From positions 712,627-776,626 of the forward strand of contig CAVRQR010000009.1 in assembly GCA_963723495.1 (NCBI GenBank): a stretch of DNA of 64,000 nt, read 5' to 3'. This document shows, piece by piece, positions 1 to 8,876 of the stretch (its first letter is position 1; each line of letters opens with the position of its first letter). Made by a program: the position numbers and the translations under genes. Source of the DNA: an uncultured Acidobacteriota bacterium (lineage in GTDB: Bacteria; Acidobacteriota; Vicinamibacteria; Vicinamibacterales; UBA2999). Below the pieces are notes generated by a model. It saw only the letters and a list, made by a program, of their open reading frames with translations. It made no database searches and was not told where the DNA came from.

Positions 1-491
1 GACCGCGACCGAGCGACGATACAACCCGCAGTCCTATCACAACGGCTCGATCTGGCCGCACGACAACGCAATCATTGCCGCGGGGATGGCGCGGTATGGC
101 TTCACCGGTGCGTGCGCGGCGGATTCTGACGGCGATGGCCGATCTGAGCGAAGCCGTCGATCTCCATCGTCTGCCCGAGTTGATTTGCGGTTTCCCGAGA
201 CGTGGTCGCGAATACCCCACGCTCTATCCCGTTGCGTGTGCGCCGCAGGCCTGGGCGGCGGGCGCGGTGTTCCTGCTGCTCGCGGCGACGCTTGGCGTGG
301 ACATCGACGCGCCGCGGCGCCGCATCACCGTCTCCCGTGGACGCCTCCCCGAGACGATCGACTGGGTCAGGCTGACCGATCTGGCGATCGGAGATGCACA
401 TGTCGACATCCGTCTCGAGCGCCATCCGCACGGCGTGGGTGTCACGGTCCTTCGTCGCGAAGGGCCGGTGGAGATCGTCAGCGTCAGTTGA
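1..491 (+). pseudogene. glycogen debranching enzyme / amylo-alpha-1,6-glucosidase family, 3' part (gene starts upstream of window), one frame change
   Basis: Frame 2 from nt 20 reads YNPQSYHNGSIWPHDNAIIAAGMARYGF. The continuation ARRILTAMADLSEAVDLHRLPELICGF..YPVACAPQAWAAGAVFLLL is in frame 0 (ORF 75..491). The frame switch lies within about 95-110. Confidence 0.65.
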
Positions 492-550
492 GCACCCGAA
501 GGTACGGGCGCGAACGTGCGATATGCTTCGCCGATGGAGGGCGGCGTCCG

Positions 551-1646
551 ATGACTTCAAGAGGCATCCTCGCGAGCGTTGTGTCAGTCCTGTTTCCGGT
601 TCTCGCGGTGGCGCAAGGGCAGCCTCCGCGTCTGCCAGCCGGTGCGACGACGACACCGCCGGCATCGGTGCAGGCGCCTGCCGACCCCGGTTACGAGGCG
701 TTGATCAAGATGTGCAAGACTCCACCGCCTCCTGGGAGAGGGCGAGGTGCCGGAGGGCGTGGTGGGGGTGCGGCCCCTGCGCAGGGCATCCGCGACTACA
801 CGGTGACGGAGATCCCAGGAGTCATCGCCGCGGGCCAGAAGTGGAAGTTCCTCTGGCAGGAAGCGGGCAACAACGGCGACGGCATCGTTGGGACCGATGA
901 CGGCGGGCTCCTCCTCGCGCAGAACGACAACAGCAGGGTCGTCAAACTCGACAAAGATGGCCGACCGACGGTCGCGTATTCGGATACGCATACCGGCGGT
1001 GCGCTGTCGATCAACAAGAAGGGCGCGATCTTCATCGTGCAGCGCGGCCTCCGCGCGACGGTGACGCAGCTGGCGCCGCAGCGCAGAGTGCTGGCCAACA
1101 GCTATCAGGGTGATCCGCTCGACTGCATCGGCGGCGTCATCAACGATCTGACCGCCGACAGCAGGGGTGGCGCCTATTTCACGATGGGCGGCGTGTACTA
1201 CGCGGATCCGAAGGGCGTGGTCACGAAGTACGGGCAGGATGTGACCCCTAACGGGATCGTGCTGAGCGCGGACGAAAAGACGCTCTACGTCACTGACGGG
1301 CCCGAACTGGCGGTGTTCGATGTCCAGGCGGACGGTTCGTTGACCAATCAGCGCGCATTCGGGAAATACGAAGGCAATGGTGATGGCCTCTCGATCGATT
1401 CGATGGGGCGCGTCTTACGTCACGACCAACCTGGGCGTCGTCGTGTTGAGCCCTGAGGGCAAGAATCTCGGTACCATCCCGACACCGCGCGGCATCATCA
1501 CCGGGGCGTTCGGGGGACCGGACAAGAAGACGTTCTTCATCCTGGCTCGCGGCGCGACGGATAACGATGGAACCGAGGTGGCCAACGCGGCACAGGTCTG
1601 GTCGATCCCGATGATTGCTCAGGGGTACCGAGGGCGCGCCAAGTAA
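551..1646 (+). pseudogene. SMP-30/gluconolactonase/LRE-like beta-propeller protein, secreted, one frameshift
   Basis: From ATG 551 within ORF 86..1456: signal peptide MTSRGILASVVSVLFPVLAVAQG, then PNGIVLSADEKTLYVTDG and GDGLSIDSMGRV. The C-terminal part YVTTNLGVVVLSPEGK..FGGPDKKTFFI is in ORF 1377..1646. An apparent 1-nt insertion lies near 1412 (gtc-t-tac). Confidence 0.7.
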
Positions 1647-1653
1647 GCGCGGG

Positions 1654-2289
1654 TTACCCCCTGATCAGAAGGCCGCGCTCTGCTGCGAACACGGCAAGCG
1701 CGGTCGCCTTGCGCACGCCGATTTTCTTCATCATCTTGTTACGGTGCACCGCCACCGTGTTCATGCTGAGGTTGAGCTCGCGGGCGATCTCGCGATTCGA
1801 CTTGCTCTGAGCGACGCGCAGCAGCACTTCCTTCTCGCGGGCGGTCAGCCGCTCGTAGCCGGTCTCCCAGCCAGATTCTCTTATTTGAGTCGCACTCGAC
1901 AGGCCTGGACTCAGATAGCGGTCGCCGCGATGGGCGAGGTGGACGGCTCGCCTCAAGTCCATGTCCGACGCGTCATCGAGCTCGACGCACCCGAGTGCAC
2001 CTGCAGTCAATATGGCGTCAGCAACCCGCGGGGTAGACCAGTGGGCCACACAGACGATTCTGACGTCTGCCGCCATTCGAAGCGTCGCGATCTCCGAGAC
2101 CCGTGTCGCGTCCCGATCGGTCGTCGCGCACATCACGACGACGTCCACATCCTGACAAGACAGCATCGCTGCCGCGTCACCCGCGTTCGAAGCCTCCGCG
2201 ACGACGGCGATGTCCGTCTCCTCCTGGAGTAGACGTCGGAACGCACTCCGCAGCAGAGCGGAGCGCTCGACCAGCAGCACGCGGAGCAT
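1654..2289 (-). CDS. LuxR/NarL-family response regulator with atypical (pseudo-)receiver domain
   Basis: ATG at 2289 inside ORF 1654..2580, with aggagg just upstream. C-terminal LuxR HTH: LTAREKEVLLRVAQSKSNREIARELNLSMNTVAVHRNKMMKKIG. N-terminal receiver-like fold: MLRVLLVERS..VDVVVMC. The start overlaps the stop of the upstream GntR gene. Confidence 0.8.
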   Translation of the reverse strand: MLRVLLVERSALLRSAFRRLLQEETDIAVVAEASNAGDAAAMLSCQDVDVVVMCATTDRDATRVSEIATLRMAADVRIVCVAHWSTPRVADAILTAGALGCVELDDASDMDLRRAVHLAHRGDRYLSPGLSSATQIRESGWETGYERLTAREKEVLLRVAQSKSNREIARELNLSMNTVAVHRNKMMKKIGVRKATALAVFAAERGLLIRG

Positions 2290-3014
2290 CAGGCCTCCTG
2301 ACGACTGCTGGAGTCTGTCGACGTTCTTCGCCGGCGGGCACGGAAGGAGCGTGACCGGGCGGGCGTGTTCGGGAACAGCGCAAGAGCCGCCATGGCTCGG
2401 GCACTGCCGGCCGAGAGATGGAGTGCCACAGCCTCTGCCGCCTTGATGGGGTCTCTGGACACGATGGCCCGCACCAGTTCCTGATGGGTGGCGTGATCGC
2501 CGGAGGGCCGCGCGATCTGTGAGAGCCAGAGCGCGGCAAACGCATGGCACTGATCGACGGCGTCGCAAAGCGGCCCGCATCGGCTGTACGCGGCGATCTG
2601 GCGATGGAACTTCCGATGCAGCGCCGAGTACTGCTTGACGTCCAGTCGGGCGCCGCGTTCATCCAGTTCCTGCGCGAGCGTCTCGAGGTGCTGCAGTTCC
2701 TGCGCGCTGGCCATGATCGCGGTTCGCACGGCGGCCTGCGTCTCGAGCGCTTCCCGGACCACGAAGTGGCCGGTCACATCTTCAGGTGAGGGTGTCCGCA
2801 CGCGCGTGCCGGCGCGCGGCCGGCTTTCGAGCAGGCCTTCGAACTCGAGGCGCTGGAGTGCCTGCGCCGCGGGCAGCAGGCTCGTGCTCATTTCCAATGC
2901 GATGCGACGGCGAGACATCGGCTGCCCGGGTTGCAGCACGCCGCTCAGGATCTGACGGCGCACGTTCTGATACACCCGCAATCCCAGGGTGGCTGCTCGT
3001 TGCGAGTCACGCAT
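2289..3014 (-). CDS. GntR-family transcriptional regulator (FadR/FCD-type)
   Basis: Within ORF 2289..3236. wHTH: LRVYQNVRRQILSGVLQPGQPMSRRRIALEMSTSLLPAAQALQRLEFEGLLESRPRAGTRV, followed by a helical FCD-like C-domain. Start placed at ATG 3014 (alternative 3104). Confidence 0.75.
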   Translation of the reverse strand: MRDSQRAATLGLRVYQNVRRQILSGVLQPGQPMSRRRIALEMSTSLLPAAQALQRLEFEGLLESRPRAGTRVRTPSPEDVTGHFVVREALETQAAVRTAIMASAQELQHLETLAQELDERGARLDVKQYSALHRKFHRQIAAYSRCGPLCDAVDQCHAFAALWLSQIARPSGDHATHQELVRAIVSRDPIKAAEAVALHLSAGSARAMAALALFPNTPARSRSFRARRRRTSTDSSSRQEA

Positions 3015-3069
3015 ACGGTTGTTTTGCCCGCGCCCGTCCGGGACCGCCGTTGCTCCAGCGGTACGATCG

Positions 3070-3082
3070 TTCGCAGTACGAA
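3070..3082. promoter_or_regulatory. palindromic box TTCGC-agt-ACGAA (one mismatch) in the GntR/tannase divergent region
   Basis: Read directly from the sequence. Member of the TTCGN-N3-GCGAA set. Confidence 0.35.
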
Positions 3083-3310
3083 ATTTGTTTCTCAATAAGA
3101 ACATCCCACGCTTTCGCCCGTCAAGCGATTCCGCGGACCCAGCAGTGGTAGGTTTCACGTCGTGTTGGACGGCGCCGGCCCGCCGATGGTTCACAACCCC
3201 AGCAGTTCGAGAGGCTGGTCCCGGCGCCGTGGGCATAAGATGATGCCGCCGCCGCGCTCAGACCGGTCGGGACGATCGCGGTGAGATGACGCTAAGCCGG
3301 AGACATCTGT

Positions 3311-4903
3311 ATGCGTGTGCTGGTTGTCGCCCTCATCACCCTTTGCGTGACCGCCTCTGCCGCGGACGCGCAGCCGTTCGCGAATGCGAAGAGTTCCCTG
3401 GCGGACTATACCGTCGCCCAGTCCACACCGCAGAAGGCGTGCGAGTCGCTGGCGACCTTCAAAGGCGAGGGAATTGACACGATTCAGGCGCAGGTCGTCC
3501 CGGCAAGCGCCGACGCCCCGCAGCACTGCCGTGTCAGTGGGGTCATCGCGCCCGAGATTGCCTTTGAGGTCAACCTGCCGGACCACTGGAATCAGCGGTT
3601 CTACATGATCGGCAATGGCGGGCATGCCGGTGAAGCGCTCGACGCTGCGGGACGTGTATCGCAGCGGTCCGAGGCGCTCGCCAACGGCTTCGTGATGGCG
3701 CAGACGAATACCGGGCACGACTCGCGAAAAGAGCCCGGTGCCTCGTTCGTGATGAGCAACCCGCAGAAGGCCGTCGACTACGCCTACCGCGCGGTCCATC
3801 TCACGGCCGACACGGCCAAACGAATCGCCACCGACTACTACGCGAAGCCGGTGTCCTATTCGTACTGGAACTCGTGCTCGAACGGCGGACGCCAGGGTCT
3901 CATCGAGGCACAGCGCTATCCCGACGATTTCGATGGGATCGTGGCCAACGCGCCATGGGTCGACCAGACCGGGTTCACGATTGGCGCGATGTGGAATCAG
4001 CGCGCCCTGACGGAGGCACCGGTGCCGCCGGACAAGCTGCGGCTCGTGTCCGACCAAGTGATCGCGAAGTGCGATGCGGTCGACGGACTGACAGACGGCC
4101 TCATCGACGATCCGCGTGCCTGTCGTTTCGATCCCGCTGCACGACGTCCCGGCGTGCAAGGAAGGGGCGGATGCCGCCGATTGCCTCACCCCAGCCCAGG
4201 CTGGAACGCTCAAGAAGATCTATGACGGGGTCTCGAGCAACGGGCAGAAGTTCTTCCCGGGCTTCATGATTGGCAGCGAAGTGGTCTCCTCTGCCCCGAA
4301 TGGGACGCTGTCGAGCGGCTGGGCCAATCTGATCGTCGCCACGAAGCCGGGTGCCAAGCCCGCCGATTTCAACCTGGCCGAGGGGACGATGCGCTATCTG
4401 GTGTTCGATCCGCCACGGCCGGAATACGACTACATGACGTTCGACTTCGATCGCGATCCCGCGTTGCTCGAGCGCTGGGGCAAGCTGGCGAACGCGAACA
4501 ATCCGGATCTCTCCGCGTTCCGCGAGAGCGGGGGCAAGCTGATCATGACCTACGGCTGGGCGGACGCGATCCTTCAACCCATGATGGGCGTCGATTACTA
4601 CGAGAAGGTCGTCGCGACGCATGGGTCCAGCACCGGTGACTTCGCGCGACTGTTCATGATGCCGGGTGTGGCTCACTGTGGCGGCGGCGTCGGGCCCGAT
4701 CGTCACGATGCGGTCACGGCGGTCATCGACTGGGTCGAGAAGGGAAAGGCGCCGGACTCATTGCTCGCCTCGAAGGTGACGGACGGAAAAGTCGTCCGCA
4801 CGCGTCCGTTGTGCCCGTACCCGCAGGTCGCGCGCTACAAGGGGCAGGGCAGCATCGACGACGCCGCGAACTTCAGTTGCGTCGCGCCGCAAGAGTGCCA
4901 TGA
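3311..4903 (+). pseudogene. tannase / feruloyl esterase family protein, secreted, frameshifted, 3' end uncertain
   Basis: ORF 3311..4225 (signal peptide, NQRFYMIGNGGHAG, SYWNSCSNGGRQGL) continues in ORF 4116..5150 (CLTPAQAGTLKKIYDG, FMMPGVAHCGGG, RPLCPYPQVARYKGQGSIDDAANFSC). The shift is near 4136. Frame 0 has no stop until 5150. The end at TGA 4901-4903 (ATGA with the next gene) is a guess. Confidence 0.7.
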
Positions 4904-6096
4904 AGAGGTGGTGGTCGTTCGTCCTCGTGGGAGCGTGCACCCTGGCATGGGCGTCCTCGTCCACCGTTGGCGCCCGACAGTCTCGCACTCAGATACTCGA
5001 CGAGAACGGCGCGCCGGTCTTCAAAGTGGATCCGTTCTGGCCGAAGCCGCTGCCCAACCGATGGAGCATGCAGCAGGTCACCGGCATTCACGTGGACCAC
5101 GACGATCACATCTGGTTCCTGAATCGCGCCGCCGCGGCCGAAGGCGATGAGGTCGGAGGAGATGGCACGCCGCCCCGGATCGATTGCTGCGTGCGCGGGC
5201 CCGAGGTCATGGAGCTCGATCAGGATGGCAAGGTAGTCCACGCATGGGGCGGCCCTGGCTACCACCCGCTCTGGCCGACCGCACTCCAGACCGTGATCGC
5301 CGATCGTCAGGGATTCGTGTGGGTAGGGGGCACGGCGCCGCAGGACAGCATCCTCAAGTTCACGCGAGACGGCAAATTCGTCTGGGACTTCGGCCATCGT
5401 CCGCCGCCGGGTGCGCAGCTGGCCGAGAACAACGAGCAGACCGATGTCCTCGTCTCGAAAGGCCGCTTTCAGCTCGACGAGGTCGCGCGCGAGATCTACA
5501 TCATCAACTGGAAGCGCGTGCTCGTGTACGACATGGACACCGGCGCCTTCAAGCGCGGCTGGGGCGGCCACGGCATGCCGTTGAGCGAGATCTCGAACGA
5601 TCCGATTCCGCCGTACAAGTGGACCGGGGCTCCGCCTCCGGCGGAGAAGAACTTCGTGCCTGACCTTCACTTCCTCGAGATTTCCCGCGACAGGCGCGTC
5701 TACATCGGCGAACGCGGGCAGAACCGAATCCAGGTGTTCACCACCGACGGTAAGTGGCTGCAGGACTTCCATGTGGCGCCCAACACACCCGCGCGCGGCG
5801 AGGGGTGCGGCGGCCTCAACAACACGAAGCTGCCTCCCTGCGGAACGACCTACAAGCTGGCGATCTCGCGCGACCAGTCGGAGAAGTACCTCTACGTCGC
5901 TGATGGCACCAACAACCGCGTGTGGATCCTCGATCGCCAGAGCGGCAAGACGCTCGGTTCATTTGGCGGCAATGGCCGTTACGCCGGCCAGTTGCACTGG
6001 ATCAACGCGATCGCGATGGACTCGAAGGGCAACATCTACACCGGCGAAGTCGAACACGCGAAGCGGATCCAGAAGTTCGAGCCGGTGATGAAGTAG
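4900..6096 (+). CDS. NHL-repeat six-bladed beta-propeller protein, secreted (PAL-like fold); paralogue of 48254..49459
   Basis: Intact 398-aa ORF with a signal peptide. FKVDPFWPKPLPNRW matches FEVDPFWPKPLPNHW in the paralogue. NHL-like blades: YVADGTNNRVWILD and GNIYTGEVEHAKRIQKF. Confidence 0.65.
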   Translation: MKRWWSFVLVGACTLAWASSSTVGARQSRTQILDENGAPVFKVDPFWPKPLPNRWSMQQVTGIHVDHDDHIWFLNRAAAAEGDEVGGDGTPPRIDCCVRGPEVMELDQDGKVVHAWGGPGYHPLWPTALQTVIADRQGFVWVGGTAPQDSILKFTRDGKFVWDFGHRPPPGAQLAENNEQTDVLVSKGRFQLDEVAREIYIINWKRVLVYDMDTGAFKRGWGGHGMPLSEISNDPIPPYKWTGAPPPAEKNFVPDLHFLEISRDRRVYIGERGQNRIQVFTTDGKWLQDFHVAPNTPARGEGCGGLNNTKLPPCGTTYKLAISRDQSEKYLYVADGTNNRVWILDRQSGKTLGSFGGNGRYAGQLHWINAIAMDSKGNIYTGEVEHAKRIQKFEPVMK

Positions 6097-6140
6097 GGCT
6101 CTGGGCTCAGCAGGGCGGAAAAACGCGTCCGTCCATCGCA

Positions 6141-6180
6141 TTCCAACTCCGGCTGACGGTGGAAGTTTGGTAGGAGTTGG
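6141..6180. repeat. degenerate mini-copy of the CCAACTCC/GGAGTTGG hairpin
   Basis: TTCCAACTCC..GGAAGTTTGGTAGGAGTTGG. Confidence 0.4.
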
Positions 6181-7859
6181 GCGCAGCCTCTGGGCTCTGG
6201 TCTCGGCTCTGGCCTGTGGGTGTTGTCCCGCAGCTTGACGTCGCGCGGGTGCCCGACGTATCACGGGGCGTGAGCCGTCGATCCAGGAAGCGTCCCGAGG
6301 CGCCGCAACCGCCATCAGCGCGACCTCCGTCCACCCCTGAGCCCCCGGTCGCCAGTCCGGAGTCTCGCATCGAGAATCCCGGCGCGCGTTGGATCGGCCT
6401 TGCGGGCGCCGTTCTCGCGGCCGGTGTCGCTCTGTTCGTTGTTTTCCGTCTGACCAGCGGCGGCGATCCCGATCGTCTGCCGCAGCCGCCCCGTCTGTCG
6501 GCCCAGCAGAAAGTCATTGAGGATCATCTGCGCGAGCGCTACGACGCCGCGGTCGAAGATCCCTCCTCGATTGAATCAGTCGGGACCCTCTGCATCGCGT
6601 ATCACGCAGACATGTTTTTCGATCAGGCCGAACGCTGTTACGACGTGGCGGCGTCGCTCGCGCCTGACGACTGGCGATGGATCTACTACCGCGCCGTCAT
6701 CCAGTCGGAGCGCGGTGGCGGGGAGGCACTGCTCGCCAACCTGCGCACCGTCGTCGAACGTGCACCGCAGCTCGGTCCAGCGTGGTTGCGACTGGGAGAG
6801 GCAGAGTTCAAGGCAGGTCGATACGACGAGGCGGCGAAGGCGTGGCAGAGGGCCCGCGATCTTCCCGCTGCCGCGGCAGAGACGAGCTCGCCGCGCCACG
6901 TCACCGAGGTCCCGCTGTCGGCATATGCGTCACTTGGCCTCGCGCGTATCGCGCTGGTCCGGGGAGAGTTCGATGCCGCTCGCACGACTCTCGAACAGGT
7001 CAACGCCGCTACGCCGAACTTCGGCCCTGCGCTGCGTCTTCTTGCCGACAGCTATCGCCGGCTCGGGCGCGAGGACGAGGCGACTCGCCTCGTGTATCGA
7101 GCAGGAAGGTTGCCACCGTACACGCCCTACGCCGATCCGGTGATCGACGAGCTCGCGCGCGAGTCGCGCAACAGCATCTTCCTTCTGCGGCTGGCCTCGG
7201 AAGCCAATCTCTCGATCAACGCCGAGTGGAGCGAATACCTCACCAGGCGTGCACTCGAGTTCGATCCGAACAATCCCGAGGTGGTGCTGAAGCTCGCAAG
7301 GATCCTTCGCACCGTCGAGCGCAACGAAGAGGCGCTGGTGCTGTTCGAGCGATACCAGGCGATGGTGCCCGGCGATTATCAGGTGCTCGCGCACATCGGG
7401 AGCTGTCTCAGCGCAATGGGCCGCCTCGGCGAAGCCGAGTCATATTTCCGCCAGGCGTTGAAAGGGCTCGACGATCCGGTGACGCACTACAACATGGGGC
7501 TGCTGCTGGCGCTCACCGGCCGTCTCAGCGAAGCGGTCAAGGAGTACGAGAAGGCGCTGGAGCGCGATCCGATGCACAGCGATGCGCGGTCGAATCTGGC
7601 CGCGGCTCTGGCGCGTCAGGGGCGGCTCGATCGCGCCGCCGCGGAGCTGCGTCGACTAGTCGAACACGATCCTGAGAACGCCGGTGCACGGACGAACCTG
7701 GGATTGGTCCTGCTCCAGCAGGGCCACCGCGAGCAGGCGAGAACACAACTGGAAGAAGCGCTCAGGCTGAATCCGCAGCTCACACCAGCCGCGGAAGCGC
7801 TGAGGGAGCTTAGGCGCTGGGCTCTAAGGCGATGTCGAGAGCCGAGCGTCAAGGAATAA
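6177..7859 (+). CDS. tetratricopeptide-repeat protein with N-terminal membrane anchor
   Basis: Intact 560-aa ORF. TM helix WIGLAGAVLAAGVALFVVF is followed by many TPR units (e.g. AWLRLGEAEFKAGRYDEAAKAWQRA, HYNMGLLLALTGRLSEAVKEYEKALERDP). The TTG start at 6177 lies inside a low-complexity repeat, so the true start may be further downstream. Confidence 0.7.
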   Translation: MGAASGLWSRLWPVGVVPQLDVARVPDVSRGVSRRSRKRPEAPQPPSARPPSTPEPPVASPESRIENPGARWIGLAGAVLAAGVALFVVFRLTSGGDPDRLPQPPRLSAQQKVIEDHLRERYDAAVEDPSSIESVGTLCIAYHADMFFDQAERCYDVAASLAPDDWRWIYYRAVIQSERGGGEALLANLRTVVERAPQLGPAWLRLGEAEFKAGRYDEAAKAWQRARDLPAAAAETSSPRHVTEVPLSAYASLGLARIALVRGEFDAARTTLEQVNAATPNFGPALRLLADSYRRLGREDEATRLVYRAGRLPPYTPYADPVIDELARESRNSIFLLRLASEANLSINAEWSEYLTRRALEFDPNNPEVVLKLARILRTVERNEEALVLFERYQAMVPGDYQVLAHIGSCLSAMGRLGEAESYFRQALKGLDDPVTHYNMGLLLALTGRLSEAVKEYEKALERDPMHSDARSNLAAALARQGRLDRAAAELRRLVEHDPENAGARTNLGLVLLQQGHREQARTQLEEALRLNPQLTPAAEALRELRRWALRRCREPSVKE

Positions 7860-8694
7860 TCGGGCTCGTCCGATCCACCTGCTCCTGATCTCCGACCATC
7901 AACGTGATCGCGTAGTTCGCCTGCTGGCACACATACTCGAAGAGCTCGGTGCCGTTCTCCCAGCGCAGGTTGAATCGAGCCGTCCACGGCGCGGTGTAGG
8001 CGCCTGAATCGTCGACCGTGACCTCATAGCGAATCGCTCCCGAGTCAACGCGTGTGAAACGCTCGACTGTGTGAAGCGCTTCGGTGTGCGGCAGCCCGCG
8101 GCGGTCGAGCCAGAAGCCTTCGTTGAAACCGGTGGTGTCGATGACGAGCGTGTCGCCCTCCCACCAGCCGATCGAATGACCGTAGAAGCTCGGCGTCAAT
8201 TTCGCGGGATGTGAGCGGCCGTCCATGTAGACCGTCCGGTAGGTGTGCGGGCCACCGACGTCGAAGATATAGAGACGCTGCAGCTCAGGCAGCTCGACGA
8301 ACTCGACACCGTACGGCGTCAGGAACTGACGTGCGACACCGGATGGCTTGCATCGCGTGTGCGGCTCGAGCTCATGTCCCTGGCGATCGTCGTACACCGC
8401 GCGCGCCCACGGCTTGAACGACACGGTCGGCAGCGGTGCGATCGGATCCGTGATACCGAAGACCGGGAGCCAGAGTCCTTTCTGCGTGGGCGTCGCGCCG
8501 GTGAGGGTCACTCTGCCCTCTGCATTTCGCGGCGCGGGCTGTGGCGGCGTTGTCGCGCGGGCAGTGCCGACGCCGCCGACGACTCCCTGTCCTCCCTGTC
8601 CCCCCTGTGCGGGTTGTTGTGCGAATGAAGGCGCAGAACTCATGACGAACAGGAGAACCAGAACGGGCGCAGCGAGTCTCATGGTCTTATCCAT
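7849..8694 (-). CDS. secreted protein of unknown function, 'WEGDTL-motif' family (paralogue P1)
   Basis: Intact ORF with signal peptide MRLAAPVLVLLFVMSSAPSFAQQ. Motifs: CKPSG, YMDGRSHP, GHSIGWWEGDTLVIDTTGF, YTAPWT, FEYVCQQAN. It aligns by eye to 24358..25360 and 50330..51403. I recognise no named family. Confidence 0.6.
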   Translation of the reverse strand: MDKTMRLAAPVLVLLFVMSSAPSFAQQPAQGGQGGQGVVGGVGTARATTPPQPAPRNAEGRVTLTGATPTQKGLWLPVFGITDPIAPLPTVSFKPWARAVYDDRQGHELEPHTRCKPSGVARQFLTPYGVEFVELPELQRLYIFDVGGPHTYRTVYMDGRSHPAKLTPSFYGHSIGWWEGDTLVIDTTGFNEGFWLDRRGLPHTEALHTVERFTRVDSGAIRYEVTVDDSGAYTAPWTARFNLRWENGTELFEYVCQQANYAITLMVGDQEQVDRTSPIIP

Positions 8695-8717
8695 AACCGA
8701 AATCGATTACCAAAATC

Positions 8718-8746
8718 TTGACAGGTATCCGTGACAAGCGTATACG
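8718..8746 (+). promoter_or_regulatory. candidate sigma70-type promoter of TBDR1
   Basis: TTGACA (8718-8723), 17-nt spacer ending AGCG, then TATACG (8741-8746). Confidence 0.5.
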
Positions 8747-8768
8747 TGTTCCGGCCTGAGAACACACT

Positions 8769-8781
8769 TTCGGTATGCGAA
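8769..8781. promoter_or_regulatory. palindromic box TTCGG-tat-GCGAA, 22 nt downstream of the TBDR1 -10
   Basis: Read directly. It is embedded in a longer palindrome, ACACACTTTCGG..GCGAAAAGTGTGT (8763-8789). Confidence 0.5.
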
Positions 8782-8876
8782 AAGTGTGTATCGGGATTCG
8801 TGCGCGTGGATCGGTCTTGATATCGACCGGACGCGGGCAGGTGACCAAGTCCGGACGGCATTAGATGGAGGCAGGC

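Noticed and set aside
510-531. GCGAAcgtgcgatatgcTTCGC upstream of the SMP-30 gene, and TTCGAcctcGCCGAA at 39484-39498, as further members of the operator set.
   Set aside because: The half-site order or spacing differs from the TTCGN-N3-GCGAA consensus (outward-facing with a 12-nt gap, or a 4-5-nt spacer with an extra base). They are too uncertain to count without a statistical model.
8695-8876. FecI/FecR-type ECF sigma/anti-sigma pairs or SusD-like partners next to the four TBDRs.
   Set aside because: None of the adjacent ORFs shows sigma-70 region 2/4 motifs, a FecR domain or SusD/RagB features. The receptors also lack an N-terminal signalling extension beyond the CarboxypepD_reg domain.
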